A stretch of DNA of 64,000 nucleotides from Antedon mediterranea (lineage: Eukaryota > Animalia > Echinodermata), in assembly GCF_964355755.1 (NCBI RefSeq), contig NC_092679.1:18149432-18213431 (forward strand). The letters run 5' to 3'. Every line of letters starts with the position of its first letter. The first letter of the stretch is position 1. This document shows, piece after piece, positions 1 to 12,400 of the stretch. The notes below the pieces were generated by a model that saw only the letters and a list, made by a program, of their open reading frames with translations, had not been told where the DNA came from and ran no database searches. The translations under genes and the position numbers were made by a program.

Positions 1-259
1 ACCATTCATTGTCTTAACATTGTATGTTTTGTGAATCAAAGGCGTCAGCTGCGGCGTTAATGTACATGCTTATAGAACAAAGAACTAAAGGTAAAATTTA
101 CTACCTAAAACGTAATTTTAATTGCATATAATAATCATAGGCCTACACCTGATCCAGGACGTCCATGTTGAAACGTTGACCCTGTTGTGGTGGGTAGGCT
201 TTTGAGCGAGTGGTTAATATCAATTTTTAATCATAATGTTTGGATCCATAAATTATAAA

Positions 260-795
260 TACCATTATATTATAGGCTTACATTGAGGACATCTAATAAT
301 GTTATTGTTTCAGAATTTTAAAATCAGTATTAATTCCCAGACCCAGATTCATTTGGGGCTATCCTACATAAATTAGGGCCTATAAATACCAAAAGGCCTA
401 CACATAAGATGTCTAACAATGTTATTGTTTAAAAATGTTTAATCAGTGTTAATTTCCAAATTCCATTAGTTTAGTTCAGACGGGTAAGTTTAGGCGGTGT
501 GTGCCTTTTTAACATTTCAACAACGAATCAAATCGTTTTTTTCCATTGATTCCTACGTCGAAAAATCAAAATCAAATTGACTTAGTGCGTTTATATTGTC
601 TGTTCAATGAACCGCGCCATCTTCTTCACTCGTCTACGGATTATACCATTATGATATAGGCTTACATTGAGGACATCTAATAATGTTATTGTTTTAAAAT
701 CAGTATTTTCCAGATTTCATTAGTTCCTTTACGTTGAAAAATCAAACTGAATTGACTTGTTCAAACGCTAATCGTTTATGTTGTCTGTTCAATGG
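260..795. repeat. Diverged local duplications
   Basis: taggcttacattgaggacatctaataatgttattgttt at about 273 and 657 (variant at about 395). acgtyGaaaaatcaaa...ttgtctgttcaatg at about 555 and 731. Confidence 0.7.
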
Positions 796-1679
796 TCTGC
801 GGCGGATTCAACAACCAGTGTTAATCTTGTTAATCGCGTGTAGTTCACCTCCTCAAGGCGTTACTATAGTGAAATATAAAAACATGGATGCCTTAATTTG
901 TTGTGACTGCCAGCCGAAGCAAACAGCTGTTTTAGTGCTTAATGTCATGGGTATGCACGATATCTTCCACGCCAAGCCTTCGAATAATAATAATCATTTA
1001 ACTGCATAAATTGAATACAAAATAACTTTAGATCACACATTTAAATATTTCAATATATAAATTCGCTGGCACAGAACAAATATAAACCGCTCGGTGATAC
1101 AGTATATATAGATACAGAAAATTACTAAATTTAGAAACTATACTATATAGGGTAAAGAACCTTCGATATACGTCTTTTCAACACAAGTTTCACATTGATA
1201 TACCCCGGCAAGTTTCCTTTCCTGAAATTGCGTAGCCTATCCCCCCATCGCACGAACACATTGTAATTATGTGTCGGTCAAAGTATGGAGAGTCACCAAT
1301 GATAGTTTGTTGTGGGGGTTCCAACTTCAAACCAATTTCTTCTCATTCCGTTGTAATATCTCTCCCACACATATGAAATGTGTGGGAGTGTTAGAGATAC
1401 AAACAAGTAAATTTACTTTAAAATGTGCCATAAAGCAGTTACCGTGTTGTATTGATGACCTTGGGTGTCAAAGTACTCCCTAAAATCAATTTATAATTGT
1501 TAAGAACGAAAAGGCTTGGTACCCCTCTAAAATCTATACAATGAGGTAAAATTACAGGCCCAAAATGATCAGCAATTGCTGAATGGATCACCCTCATTAA
1601 ATATGGTGCAAATAAAATAAATAAATCAAATAAAACAAAGCAACGGTTTGTATTGTAAAGTTTGGTTACCATTGGCAAA

Positions 1680-1777
1680 AAAACGCAACACGACGCAATT
1701 ATCGATGATGATCCGTTGCGTCGGGATGATGTTTGCCTTACGAACGGCGTTGCGTTAACTTCAGTGTGAACCAAGCT
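1680..1777. mobile_element. MITE family B-related fragment
   Basis: aacgcaac...gcgttgcgtt and right TIR agtgtgaaccaagct followed by TTA. Confidence 0.55.
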
Positions 1778-2195
1778 TTAGAGCTGTGTCATACAAATTG
1801 GCGTTGTACTCTACACGAGAAGTCTAAATGCTAAATACCGTATGTTACTTTTTACAATTATGCTGAATATATTAATTTTGAATATAAATGCTTTGTTCAG
1901 AAATATAATTTAATTTGAAAGCGTAACGTATGCGTTGTCGGCACTGCTTGCTATTACGTAACAGTAGAATTATTAGCATACTGCATCGATCGTCCCTGGC
2001 TCCAGGGTCCAATTGTCCAAGGAAATATCCAATGCTATGCACACATTAAAAAGAACACCTTTGTATGTTCATTTTCTTTAGCCTCGAATTAATTATTCTC
2101 GGCCTCGAATCTCGAAAATTTGAATCAAAATGATTAACGATAAATGTTCATGAACCTTAACCTGTTTGTTCGTTTTTTTTTTATTAGAGAGGACA

Positions 2196-2394
2196 CTCTC
2201 TGGTGGATCCACTGTATGACATTTTGACCTACGTGAGTTTTATATAGACCTCTCTATGGTGGATCCACTGTATAACATTTTGACCTACGTGAGTTATATC
2301 ATGGAGGTATAATACAACCTCCATGGTTATATGTATATATGCATGTGCCTCTCTCTGGTGGATCCACTTTATAACATTTTGACCTACGCGAGTT
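2196..2394. repeat. Three copies of an ~44-bp direct repeat
   Basis: ctctctggtggatccactgtataacattttgacctacgtgagtt at about 2196, 2250 and 2351. Confidence 0.85.
2293..2332. mobile_element. 26-bp hairpin with 7-bp TSD (P-like excision footprint or micro-MITE)
   Basis: GTTATAT-catggaggtataatacaacctccatg-GTTATAT. Confidence 0.7.
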
Positions 2395-3329
2395 CATTTT
2401 AAACCGTGTCAAATATTGGTCTTCCCTGGCGCCCCCATACTTAGGCACTTACGTAGACCCAGTGCCATGCATTCATTTTCCCCTCTACTTCTACGTCTAT
2501 ATAACTATTTTAAACATTGATAATACTATGATTGTTGTATGTTCTTACAAGATGTAATCAGTACAATGTTAAACTTGTTTGAACAGTCTTGTTTGAGTTT
2601 TTGGGGATTCGTCAGATTGTTCTTGTAAAAACATGTAGTAGAAATTAGATTTAGCGAAGTGTGATTTGAACACTTCAGTTTAATCGAGCAAATATCTGTT
2701 GAATGGAACCCGGGATAGAAATTGATTACAAAAAGATAAAAATAAACAAAAAAAATAACACAAGCCAAAAAGTCAACAGAAGATTAACAGCTTGGTTAGT
2801 GCATGGAGAATGGTTAGTGTGAACAGGAATAATAAAATTGTAAACATTCCATTGGATTAATTTAGCGTAATAAAAGCAAACTTCGCTTTAACCGAATTTA
2901 TATAAATATATAATAATATTCCTCGGAGAAGAAGCCAAAATGAAAATTATTGATTTGATAACAAAATTCTTTTTCAAGATTCGATTTGACCACCAACAAT
3001 ATGACTACATTATTTTTAATCTTATTTCAGAAATTTCGTATCAAACGAATGGATTCCTCCATGATCACACTAAAATAGAATTTCCCCCCGTTCAGGTTTA
3101 GTTATTTAACCGGGTAAGTTTTTTCTATGGGTTAATAGTGGGCTAAATAAATAACTAACTCTAGCCTAGACGGACTCTTCTATTCTGGCGCGAGAAAGTG
3201 TGTGTCACCCGGAGAGATGGAAAACGACTACGCATACCTTAAAATCTAGAAATATATCCTTTGCCTGTAATTAAATTGCCCAATATTAATATTCCAACCT
3301 TTAAAAAAAACATTTCTTAGCTTTTTTGT

Positions 3330-3407
3330 TTTGATTTGCATTTGAAAAATCATACAAATACAGAGTGATAACATAAATTTACTGACATTACAAATAAATA
3401 CATTTAT
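3330..3407. repeat. Dispersed repeat fragment shared with 62870-62956
   Basis: agtgataa(c/a)ataaat(t)tactgacattacaaataatacatttat is present at both sites. Confidence 0.65.
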
Positions 3408-5782
3408 TTTCTGGAAAGCACTTTTACGATTGACCGAAAGGACTCAATTATTATCTTGAAATACGAACGGAGAGCAATAATGTTAATTTGTACAATTCTT
3501 AAAGCTCCTACTTGACAACCGATTGACCGGAGAATTAGGACACTTAATAGAGAAGTACACATAGGAATTTTAGTTACGAATAGGTATGCGAAATTGCGCA
3601 TGCGTCGTAGTGTCCGTGTCAATGTATTTCTCGAGGTCCGTGAAATTCGATAATAGGTACGGTAGATAAAAACTTATGTTTGCAGTCTTTAAATTTTGAC
3701 TCGTGCACAGTTGATAATTCTTCATGAAAATTAAATGTATATAGGTGTAAATAACCTTTTAAATATCATATTGAAGCATCGTAAAATGTACGTGCCATTC
3801 ATTTTATTTTATAGTTCATCAACGCAAAATGCGCGAAATTAAAATGTTCGCGAACTTTTAAGGAATGTACAGAACCTTTGATTTGTAACGTCAATAGATT
3901 GTTCACATACAATGTACGACTTGGCTAGGTAAGTAGATTCCTTTTCTTGCCTTCGTTACAGATAAATTGTTTAGAAAGATGAAATTAAACCAATGTACTT
4001 TAATAAATAGGAACATCGGCATCTTGCTAGTTTGTAAAATTCAATTCAAAAACATAATTAATTAAATAAACATCGCGACGTTTAACGCGCGACGTTTAAT
4101 TATTGTGTAAGAGTAGAGTTCGAATAATCATTCCCTCCTCCATAAGTATTAGTATACCGGGGTGTTGTGGGAAATTCTGTAAGTTTTTCAGTATACAAAA
4201 CTCATCTCTTCAGAGAAGCATAATCACACGCTATTACTTGCACAGATCTTGGAAAACACAGCGCTTTGAAACCTTTGTCTCCTGCGCTTTATAAATGTTA
4301 TTTATTATTATTATTATTATTATTACATAACGTGTTCTAACATAAAATACAGTAGGCCTACTTTCGATATTTTCGATGTTTTGGTATAATTATAATGTAT
4401 GTCCATGGTTTAATGACAATAGCGATAATGTTAAACACGCTTGATTTTATAGAGCGATGTATTACCGATTACCTCCGCCAATGAGGTTATGTAGTTTATT
4501 TATGTATGTGACATATATATAAATTAAATACATTATTAAAAGCGTATAGGCCTATCAAAATATTATGAATACGTTATTGAAATATCAGCAACCAATTCCG
4601 AAGATAGGTCTGTTACTTTTTTTATGTTAATGAATATATGTTGTACACAGAGCTATAATATTATGACGTCATCATCCAAACATGACAGTCAATCATTACA
4701 CGTCTTGGAATCTTCAACCTTTGCTTTCTTAATGTGACGACGCTATCAGCTGTCACTGCGCATCTTTACGATATTTTAAAGTATGGGGCGCAAAACGAGC
4801 AATGTGTACTTTGATTTGATTAGATTGTTCAATAGGATTGGTGATGACCACCAGACTGTATTTTACTAGTAGATAGCTCTATTTTATTGCATACTTTTGA
4901 ATTTTTTGTGGCGTCATCTATTTTTTGTATAGTTCAATTTTGAGCATGGAGCAATATTTATCATTACTCCCTCTTTCAAGTGAATTTTTGTTTGTGTAGC
5001 CTTAGCCTATAATATAAATCATTGTACACAACATTACGGTTTGATTCTACTGCTGCTTATTGCCATGAATTGTTTTGACAACATTAGCGTTTCATACCCC
5101 CGTAGACAAAAATATGTCTGACGAAAATGAAGATGCTAACGTTTGTAACATGATTCCTATAGGCCTAAATATAATAATATAATACAAGTAGTACGTTGGT
5201 TTACCATTCATTAAAATTTTCATATCTTAAATATAGGCATATGCATATAATAATTTGTTTTATTCTATTAACAAATTGAAATTGTCATAACTATCTTAAA
5301 TTCATTAATTCTATATCCACAATTTTACGAACTCTACCCCCGGTTTTTTATTTGTTTAAATTTGATTTATTCAAGTACAGATAGAATAACAACAAACATT
5401 TTGAAATGTATTTAAAGAACGTGCGTTTAGGGACAATTTTACTGGCTGAAAGAATAAGCAATGTAATAAATATTTAAAAAAAATATTTGTACGAAGTAAT
5501 GATTAAAATGTCCTCATCGGTAAGGTTACTTTGGCACAAGTGCTTGACGACTTTACGAGTGAATGTTTTACTTATTTCCCGTTCAAATCCATAAAGTCCA
5601 TAAAGTTCAAACCGTTCTCACGACTACAACCTACTTCCAAAAAAACAATTTATTTCGAAAGAAATATTATAAAGAAAATAAATATGCAGTGCATAAAAAA
5701 CAGACGTGCCTATTTATATTATGTAGTATGCATGAGCTAGTAATTGTTGTATTTAAATAATCGATAATACCAAATTGTATTT

Positions 5783-5890
5783 ACTAACGCAAATACGTAA
5801 GCGCAACGCAAGTTATTTGACCAATCGCGACACGATGGATGATCATCTATTGCGTTGTGATTGGTCAACTCGCTTGCGTTTTCGTCTCCG
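5783..5890. mobile_element. MITE family B-related internal fragment
   Basis: cgcaacgcaag...tgaccaatc...gtgattggtcaactcgcttgcgtt matches the interior of 59880-60058. Confidence 0.6.
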
Positions 5891-6745
5891 ATCTTTTGCT
5901 GAGGCCATATTGAATTTTAATTAATAATACTGTATATTGTAGTCTGGTTTTATTAGTGTTCCTAGTGCCATTACTAGGAATAATTATTTATAGCCTTACC
6001 TACCTATAAACACGTTGTAAATAATAATGCTCAATTCAACCGGACTCTAAAAATAAATATATAACCAGGTTGCATACTTCAAAGAAGATGGGTCAAGAGT
6101 AACGTTTTGTTTGACCTTGTTAATACCTAATGATTGACCTGTGATCAAGGATAAATAATTGGTTGAGAAATTAAATTCCAACACCATAAGCATGGTTGCG
6201 GTCAGTGTCCATCGGTCGGGTCGTCATAACTATTTAAGAAATTAAGTAGTTGCTAATCGTTCTAGTGATGTATATTATTTTATTTGTTTTAATACAAAAG
6301 CAAGAAAGTGTAGCGAATGACAAGGAACCGAATCGACACAGGACCGAATCGACACAGGGGGGAAGGTGTAGGGACATTTTCACACTGGTAAGCCACAATA
6401 CTGAAATTTACTTCTGCGCGCGCTAATTCAATTATTCCACTGATCGGCAGCAGACAAACTTACAAATGCATTTTTGTAATTGAAAATACTTTTTTAAGAA
6501 GCAATTATTTCTTTGAAATGACTTATGATGAACAGTTTACTGTATAATCGTCATTGGAATCATTGAGTTGAAATTCCTTTTAAATAAACTAAAATGAATG
6601 GGACATTGATTGAAGGAAGTAGTATTCACAATATACCATGTGTGGGACTGCGAGTCTAATTGTGTTAGATCGAATCATTATCATGGTTTAATTAATTACG
6701 CATCTTCTGATTGATTACTTAATTAACAATCAATTCCATGTTTAC

Positions 6746-6972
6746 AGTCAATCTGAGTGTGTAGTGTAAATGTATGTCTTCATGTTCAGTAAGCAAGTAA
6801 TTACTGATGTAACATTGCTTTGTATTTTAGATAGACTGTGTTCATACATAAGTCAATTTGAGTAGTCACGTATAGTGTGAATGAATGTCTTTATGTTCAG
6901 TAAACAAGTAATATACTGATTTACATTGCATTGAATTTTATATAGATATTACATAGGCTGTGTTCACACATA
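6746..6972. repeat. Diverged ~105-bp tandem duplication
   Basis: agtcaat(c/t)tgagt...atgttcagtaa(g/a)caagtaat...ctgtgttca(t/c)acata occurs twice. Confidence 0.7.
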
Positions 6973-7173
6973 ATTTTCTAGGCGATACCATTATTTTAGG
7001 TAGGTAATACAATATCTGTGTTCCATGGTATGGCAAGCCAAGTCCGCCAAAAGTCCCAATCCGACCATTCGACATTTTTCCCTTTTGCTCAGTCGTTCTT
7101 ATCGTTTTGAGGGGACTTTTCATGGAGTCATTAGCCTGCTATTAAATAACTCCTTGTTTTGTTTTTCTTCATT

Positions 7174-8058
7174 GGGCCCGTTTCTGCTGCCAACCCAAAA
7201 TATACCGTATAAATATACCGTATAAATATACCGTATATGAAATTCGTGCACCGTTTCCGCTGCACATACTTCGTGGGTGGGTTGTAAAAAAGTTGGCTTT
7301 CATTACCCAAAATGCATTTCGTGAGACGGAAGTATGGATTGACCTAGAGTCTCGTGTAGTGAGGTTACATGACAGCATTGCTTTCTATTTTAAATCTAAT
7401 GAGCAGAAGTGGCAACGAATTTACACCGCACATACAAGCACAATCTAGAAATGTCACTATAAATAAACTCTGTTATTCAAATTGAGTTTATATTATGCTA
7501 TATTATCCTATATTGCCGTTTTAATTTCCATTTTCTATTATACAGTATTTTACCATGATTTTACATCACGTTGTTGTCGTGTAAGAACATTCGATTTATT
7601 GTAATTAAAATCTCGGTATCTCTTCTGTTGCCATGCAGTCTCCCCCCCCCCCCCCCCAACCTTCGCTTCCCCCACAATTGAATTGCAAAAATAGTGATTT
7701 GTTCGGTCCACAGTGACATTTTGATCTGTTGCTTGCTTTTACACGTGTGTTTCAACTTTCAATGCAGCAGAAAAACCAAAACAAACGCGTCGCGCTCTGT
7801 TAGTTTTTGACCTCGTGTCACGAGTCGGGTCACATTTACGGTATATTTTGAGTGCAGCAGAAATGGGGTACGAAATATACGGTATATTTTGGAATATACC
7901 GTATAATATCCACAAACGATGGGGATATTTATACGGTATATATACCGCATATATATACGGTATATTTTTTATGAGACCCATTTCTGCTGCCAAAAAATAT
8001 ACCGTATATAAAATATACCGTATATATACGGTATATTTTTGGCAGCAGAAACGGGGCC
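7174..8058. mobile_element. Non-autonomous TIR element (MITE, PIF/Harbinger-like), 885 bp
   Basis: TIRs gggcccgtttctgctgccaa / ttggcagcagaaacggggcc, 3-bp ATT on both flanks, subterminal arrays of aatataccgtata. Confidence 0.85.
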
Positions 8059-9304
8059 ATTGTTGTTTTATACATACTGTCTGACCTTGAAAACCTAAGC
8101 TCTGGCGTAAGACAGAAGCCAAAGATTAATTCTCATTACTAGATACAGGAATCTGGTTCAAAACTGCTTTGCAAAATGTAACCTAAATTGACATAACGTA
8201 AATATTACACCTTACGTGTTAAAACGTAAAACAGACACAAGCTAGTTGAGGAAGAAGGGGATTTACACTGATTGTCAATTAATTATTTCCGTATAAGTTC
8301 CGATAGCCGATACGGACGACTATCTTGTCTCAAGTTGAATCTAATGAGCAGACAGACGTGTTAAACTATAGGTTTAAGTTCTGTCTTATTGCCAAGGTTG
8401 GTACTTGAATGACGAGTTGGTGAAAGCTTGGAAGGATATAACCCACCTGTAAAGACAGTGTTCTATGTTGTCCCTGATTTGTAATCGTTTTTCCAGTGTT
8501 GAAATGTTGTTTTCATGTTTTATCGATTTTCCAGGGTTCAGTTTTTTTATGGACTGCATGCAGGTACACCATTGTAAGATTTGAATTCACTTACAGCATT
8601 GTATTCTGCACAATAACCTACTAAACAAATACCTAAAATAGATTCAATTGAAATTATGTTGTATTTATTGTATGTGGTTTAATCTTGGACGTACACTAAC
8701 AAATATCGCCTCCATGATAGGGACTTGCCCTACGTGTCTAGGCGTCTTTTGAATGTTGTTAATCCACCATCAGTCAGCGTTTCGATGACGTATGAAACGC
8801 CATGTGTGCCAAAATATTTGTATTTTTACCAATATACCAGCCGTCTATACCTCAGTGTGGTATTCATGGGGAATCAGCTTTCTTCTGCCATGAGTAGAAT
8901 GTCTTATACTTTCAGACTTTATAATAAAACAGTTATAAATTTATCATCATGCAAATGGTCATTTTAATTTAAAAGACAGATAAACAACACAATCTAGTAG
9001 CAATTAATCGTTAATTCGGTTTTCACTGATCGATTTATTTCAAATAACTTCTGAATACAAAATAAACTCTTCCGCTGCCGTAATCCTAATGCATTATAAC
9101 GAATAATAGATAATTGACCATATAATAAATGATTATAATAACAGGATTAGTTTAAATGTATCATAATGCATGTATGTGTAGATGCGGTTACGGGTACGTT
9201 GACCGCATACCCACGCGAAACGCTTATAACCCAAGGACACTTTACGTAATGACGTCATCATAACGACATTTCTCTACGATTAAAGAAGACCACAAAATAG
9301 TTCA

Positions 9305-9400
9305 TTGGTATTGTAGTGGTTACCGGTATTATTGGTTAAAAAACTTATTCCAAATAGGTCGCAGGTTCGAATCCTACACTCATGATCCTTTAACAAGTAG
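9305..9400 (+). mobile_element. Degenerate tRNA-derived SINE fragment
   Basis: B box gcaGGTTCGAATCCt at about 9364 with a degenerate A-box region upstream. Confidence 0.35.
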
Positions 9401-12400
9401 TCCTCGTTTTTTTGGCTGAGTAAAAGTATTGAATAGTAGGCCTACGCACATTCTAAATTATGTGTTTGTCGTGATTTGCTTTTGTTTGCTTTTTTACAGG
9501 GTTGTTTTTATGCTGTAGGCTCACATTAGATTTCAATTGTATTTTCAACATGAATACGTCCATGAAATGTTTATGAGTACTCTATAACCATTTAGCTATA
9601 AAATTAGAATGCTCCGTAATATTTCAATAGTGTTAAATGCTTATTGTTGAAGCTGTTATGATGTGGGCGGAGAAAGAACAATGATATATAAATCTTTAGA
9701 ATGTACGCTTCCGTTATGAAATACGAACTTTTATACTACCTTTACTACCTTTTTATATGTAAAAGCTAGTCAACAATAATATGAAGAAAAAACTGTTGAA
9801 AACGTTCTTTCCGGTAGGTTGGCACCATCACGAGTGTATATCCCCTAAACATTTCGTACCAGCAGTGTGCCTGCTAATACAATTCAAAGGCTATTCAAAA
9901 TAGTTTACTGACTTTATACATAACATAACATATAAACGTATGCTTACTTTACTGGCGTACATATATCTTTAGATCCCCTCAGCATTGGTTTATTGTTTAT
10001 AAAATAAAAAACATTTGCATACATGGCGTGCAAGTCTTAACTATTATACTTGAGCTGCAAAAATTGAAAAGAGACTTTGCACTGTGTAGATGTTCCCCTT
10101 TACAATCCGTACGCCTACCAATAGCTGAGATTCGTACCTATTTATATTTATTGGTGTAAAAGAAATAAAAGTAGGGTGAGGGTTCAAGTTATGTGGTACA
10201 ATAAATGGAAGAAAAATATTTTGATCCAGTAAATGAGGGAAAAATATTTTATCAAATATGCAAGAATTGTAGTACAGTATATACGGTAGGCCTATATTGA
10301 TATCAAGTTATAACATCTCTCTTGATTCAATACATTGATTACATTGTCTGTTTCGAAAACAACTATAAAATATATGCTCTATTCGGTATAGAAGAGTTAT
10401 ATGATCCTTTTCATACCGTACGTGACCTAGAAACCCATTTACAATTGAATTGGTTCAATGAAAACATTTTAAATGAAAGATGTGGAATCCTCACTGTAAT
10501 ATCGCGTGTATTCGTTCAAAATTGAAACTAATCCACAAGCATTAGATATACACTAGCAGTCTGGTAATTAAAAAAAACTGACGCAAATATTTTTCAATAG
10601 TGAAACGTAGTTAGTAAATGTAGGTAGGTGGATAAACTAGTATATTTCAGAAAGAAAAAAAAGGTAATGTATTTCAGTGTTGGCCTGTAACTTTGCAACG
10701 CCAAATGCGCATTACAAATAGTCCATGGCGTTTTCAACTGATACAGTATGTAAACTAATTGGCAAAACATATGACGTATTTTCTATTAATACCATCTACT
10801 TCATAAAAATAATAATTATTATAAACAATTCATCACTATAGTGATCTTGAAACGGCAATACCAATAATGTTTAAAATTCATTCGCCGAATTAACCTTGGA
10901 ATTATATTATTATGGCGCCGGCAGATTGCTGTAGGTTAATATATGCTAAGTTATACATTATAAATACCTTTGAAAATACACCGGTGTTGTGTATTATTGA
11001 TTACTGAACTAATACAGATTGGGCACGAACGGTAATTAAATAGTCTATACAATATGAATCATAATAATAATAGCCCTACTTTTATGTGAATTAATAAATA
11101 TGAAATTAATAAGCAGACCGTTTGTTGATTAGATACTGTCTATTTAGTCTTCATTTTTTTGTACCACGTTTGTTTCCTATAAAATATTTCAGTTTAAACG
11201 TTGGTAAACGTTTACAATTTTACAAATACATGGTATCTGACCATTATAAAAATGATTACGCGGTACTGTACTGTAGCTTCATTATCTGCTTACCATGCAC
11301 GGGTCATCTCCACTGTGCCATTATGCCTTGGCCTTCTCCTGTCCGTATATGGGTCAGCATCTCATGTGTATCACATGTAATGCCTGTATCATGGTTAAGG
11401 TTAGATACATGCGTCAGATGGGAGATCAAAGATTTTGAAATGCGATGGGGAATTTGAAGGGCCTACAGATTGTAAAATGTCCTATCTTTTGGACAGTGGG
11501 GCGTCTGGCACTCAACTTTCATCATTACATGCGATGCTGTATCACGGAATTTGCCCATGATACTGTATACATTTAGATAAAGTACCGACAATCGGATGGG
11601 CTTGCATGTGCGTATGGCTTTGGTGAAAATCCTTCAATAAAATCCATTAATATTAATCCAAACTATTGATTGAAACCTTGGGAATAAAAAGTTTCAAAGA
11701 GAACAATTGAATGGAGATACAAGATGTCCTATTGTCTAATACAATAGAACTCTTCCCAGGTTCTAATTTACACCTCACATTGTCTCGTGTTGTCTCTTGA
11801 TTGTGTTAGTGAAATGTAACAAAACGAACCATTTGAGCCCGAAATTAACCCATGAACACGCCCACATCAATAAGTATATTCTCGAACACCCCACTCGAAC
11901 ACAATTGAATTCATTTGATCCGTAGTTATAAAATATTGTAATTGCGACAGATATTTCACGATTGTTCTCAGACTTTCAAAATATTAGATAATTTAAATAA
12001 AAAACCCTGATTTTCACAGAAACTTATGGTATTAGATTGTCAACTAAATTCCAGGAAAATGGAATAAAATAGAGGCCAACTATAACTTTACATAGACTGT
12101 GCCAATGCTTGGTGAAATAAGTAATTTTTTCATGCAAATAAGTGGTTGTAATTTCCCATATAGATAGGCGGAGATTTTTCTCTCTACAGTATGTACAGTA
12201 TATTAGTAATGTCTGATAGTTCTCTACATGGAAACCATATTGGGATACAGTCTTTGAAATATACCGAATTTCAGAAAAATCATACGTCATAATATTCGCT
12301 TCTTGTGTGATTTGTGTTGAAATTGTGAGCTAGATAGAGTTAATGCTTTTTCTCTACATGTTCACAATACTTTCAGTATCTATTTCTGTGAGGTTTTAAA

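Noticed and set aside
2196-2394. CRISPR-like repeat-spacer appearance
   Set aside because: Only three 44-bp copies with unequal gaps (about 10 and 55 bp), eukaryotic context, no cas genes.
7739-8122. Tyr/Ile-rich ORFs on both strands
   Set aside because: They are translations of the MITE subterminal repeats.
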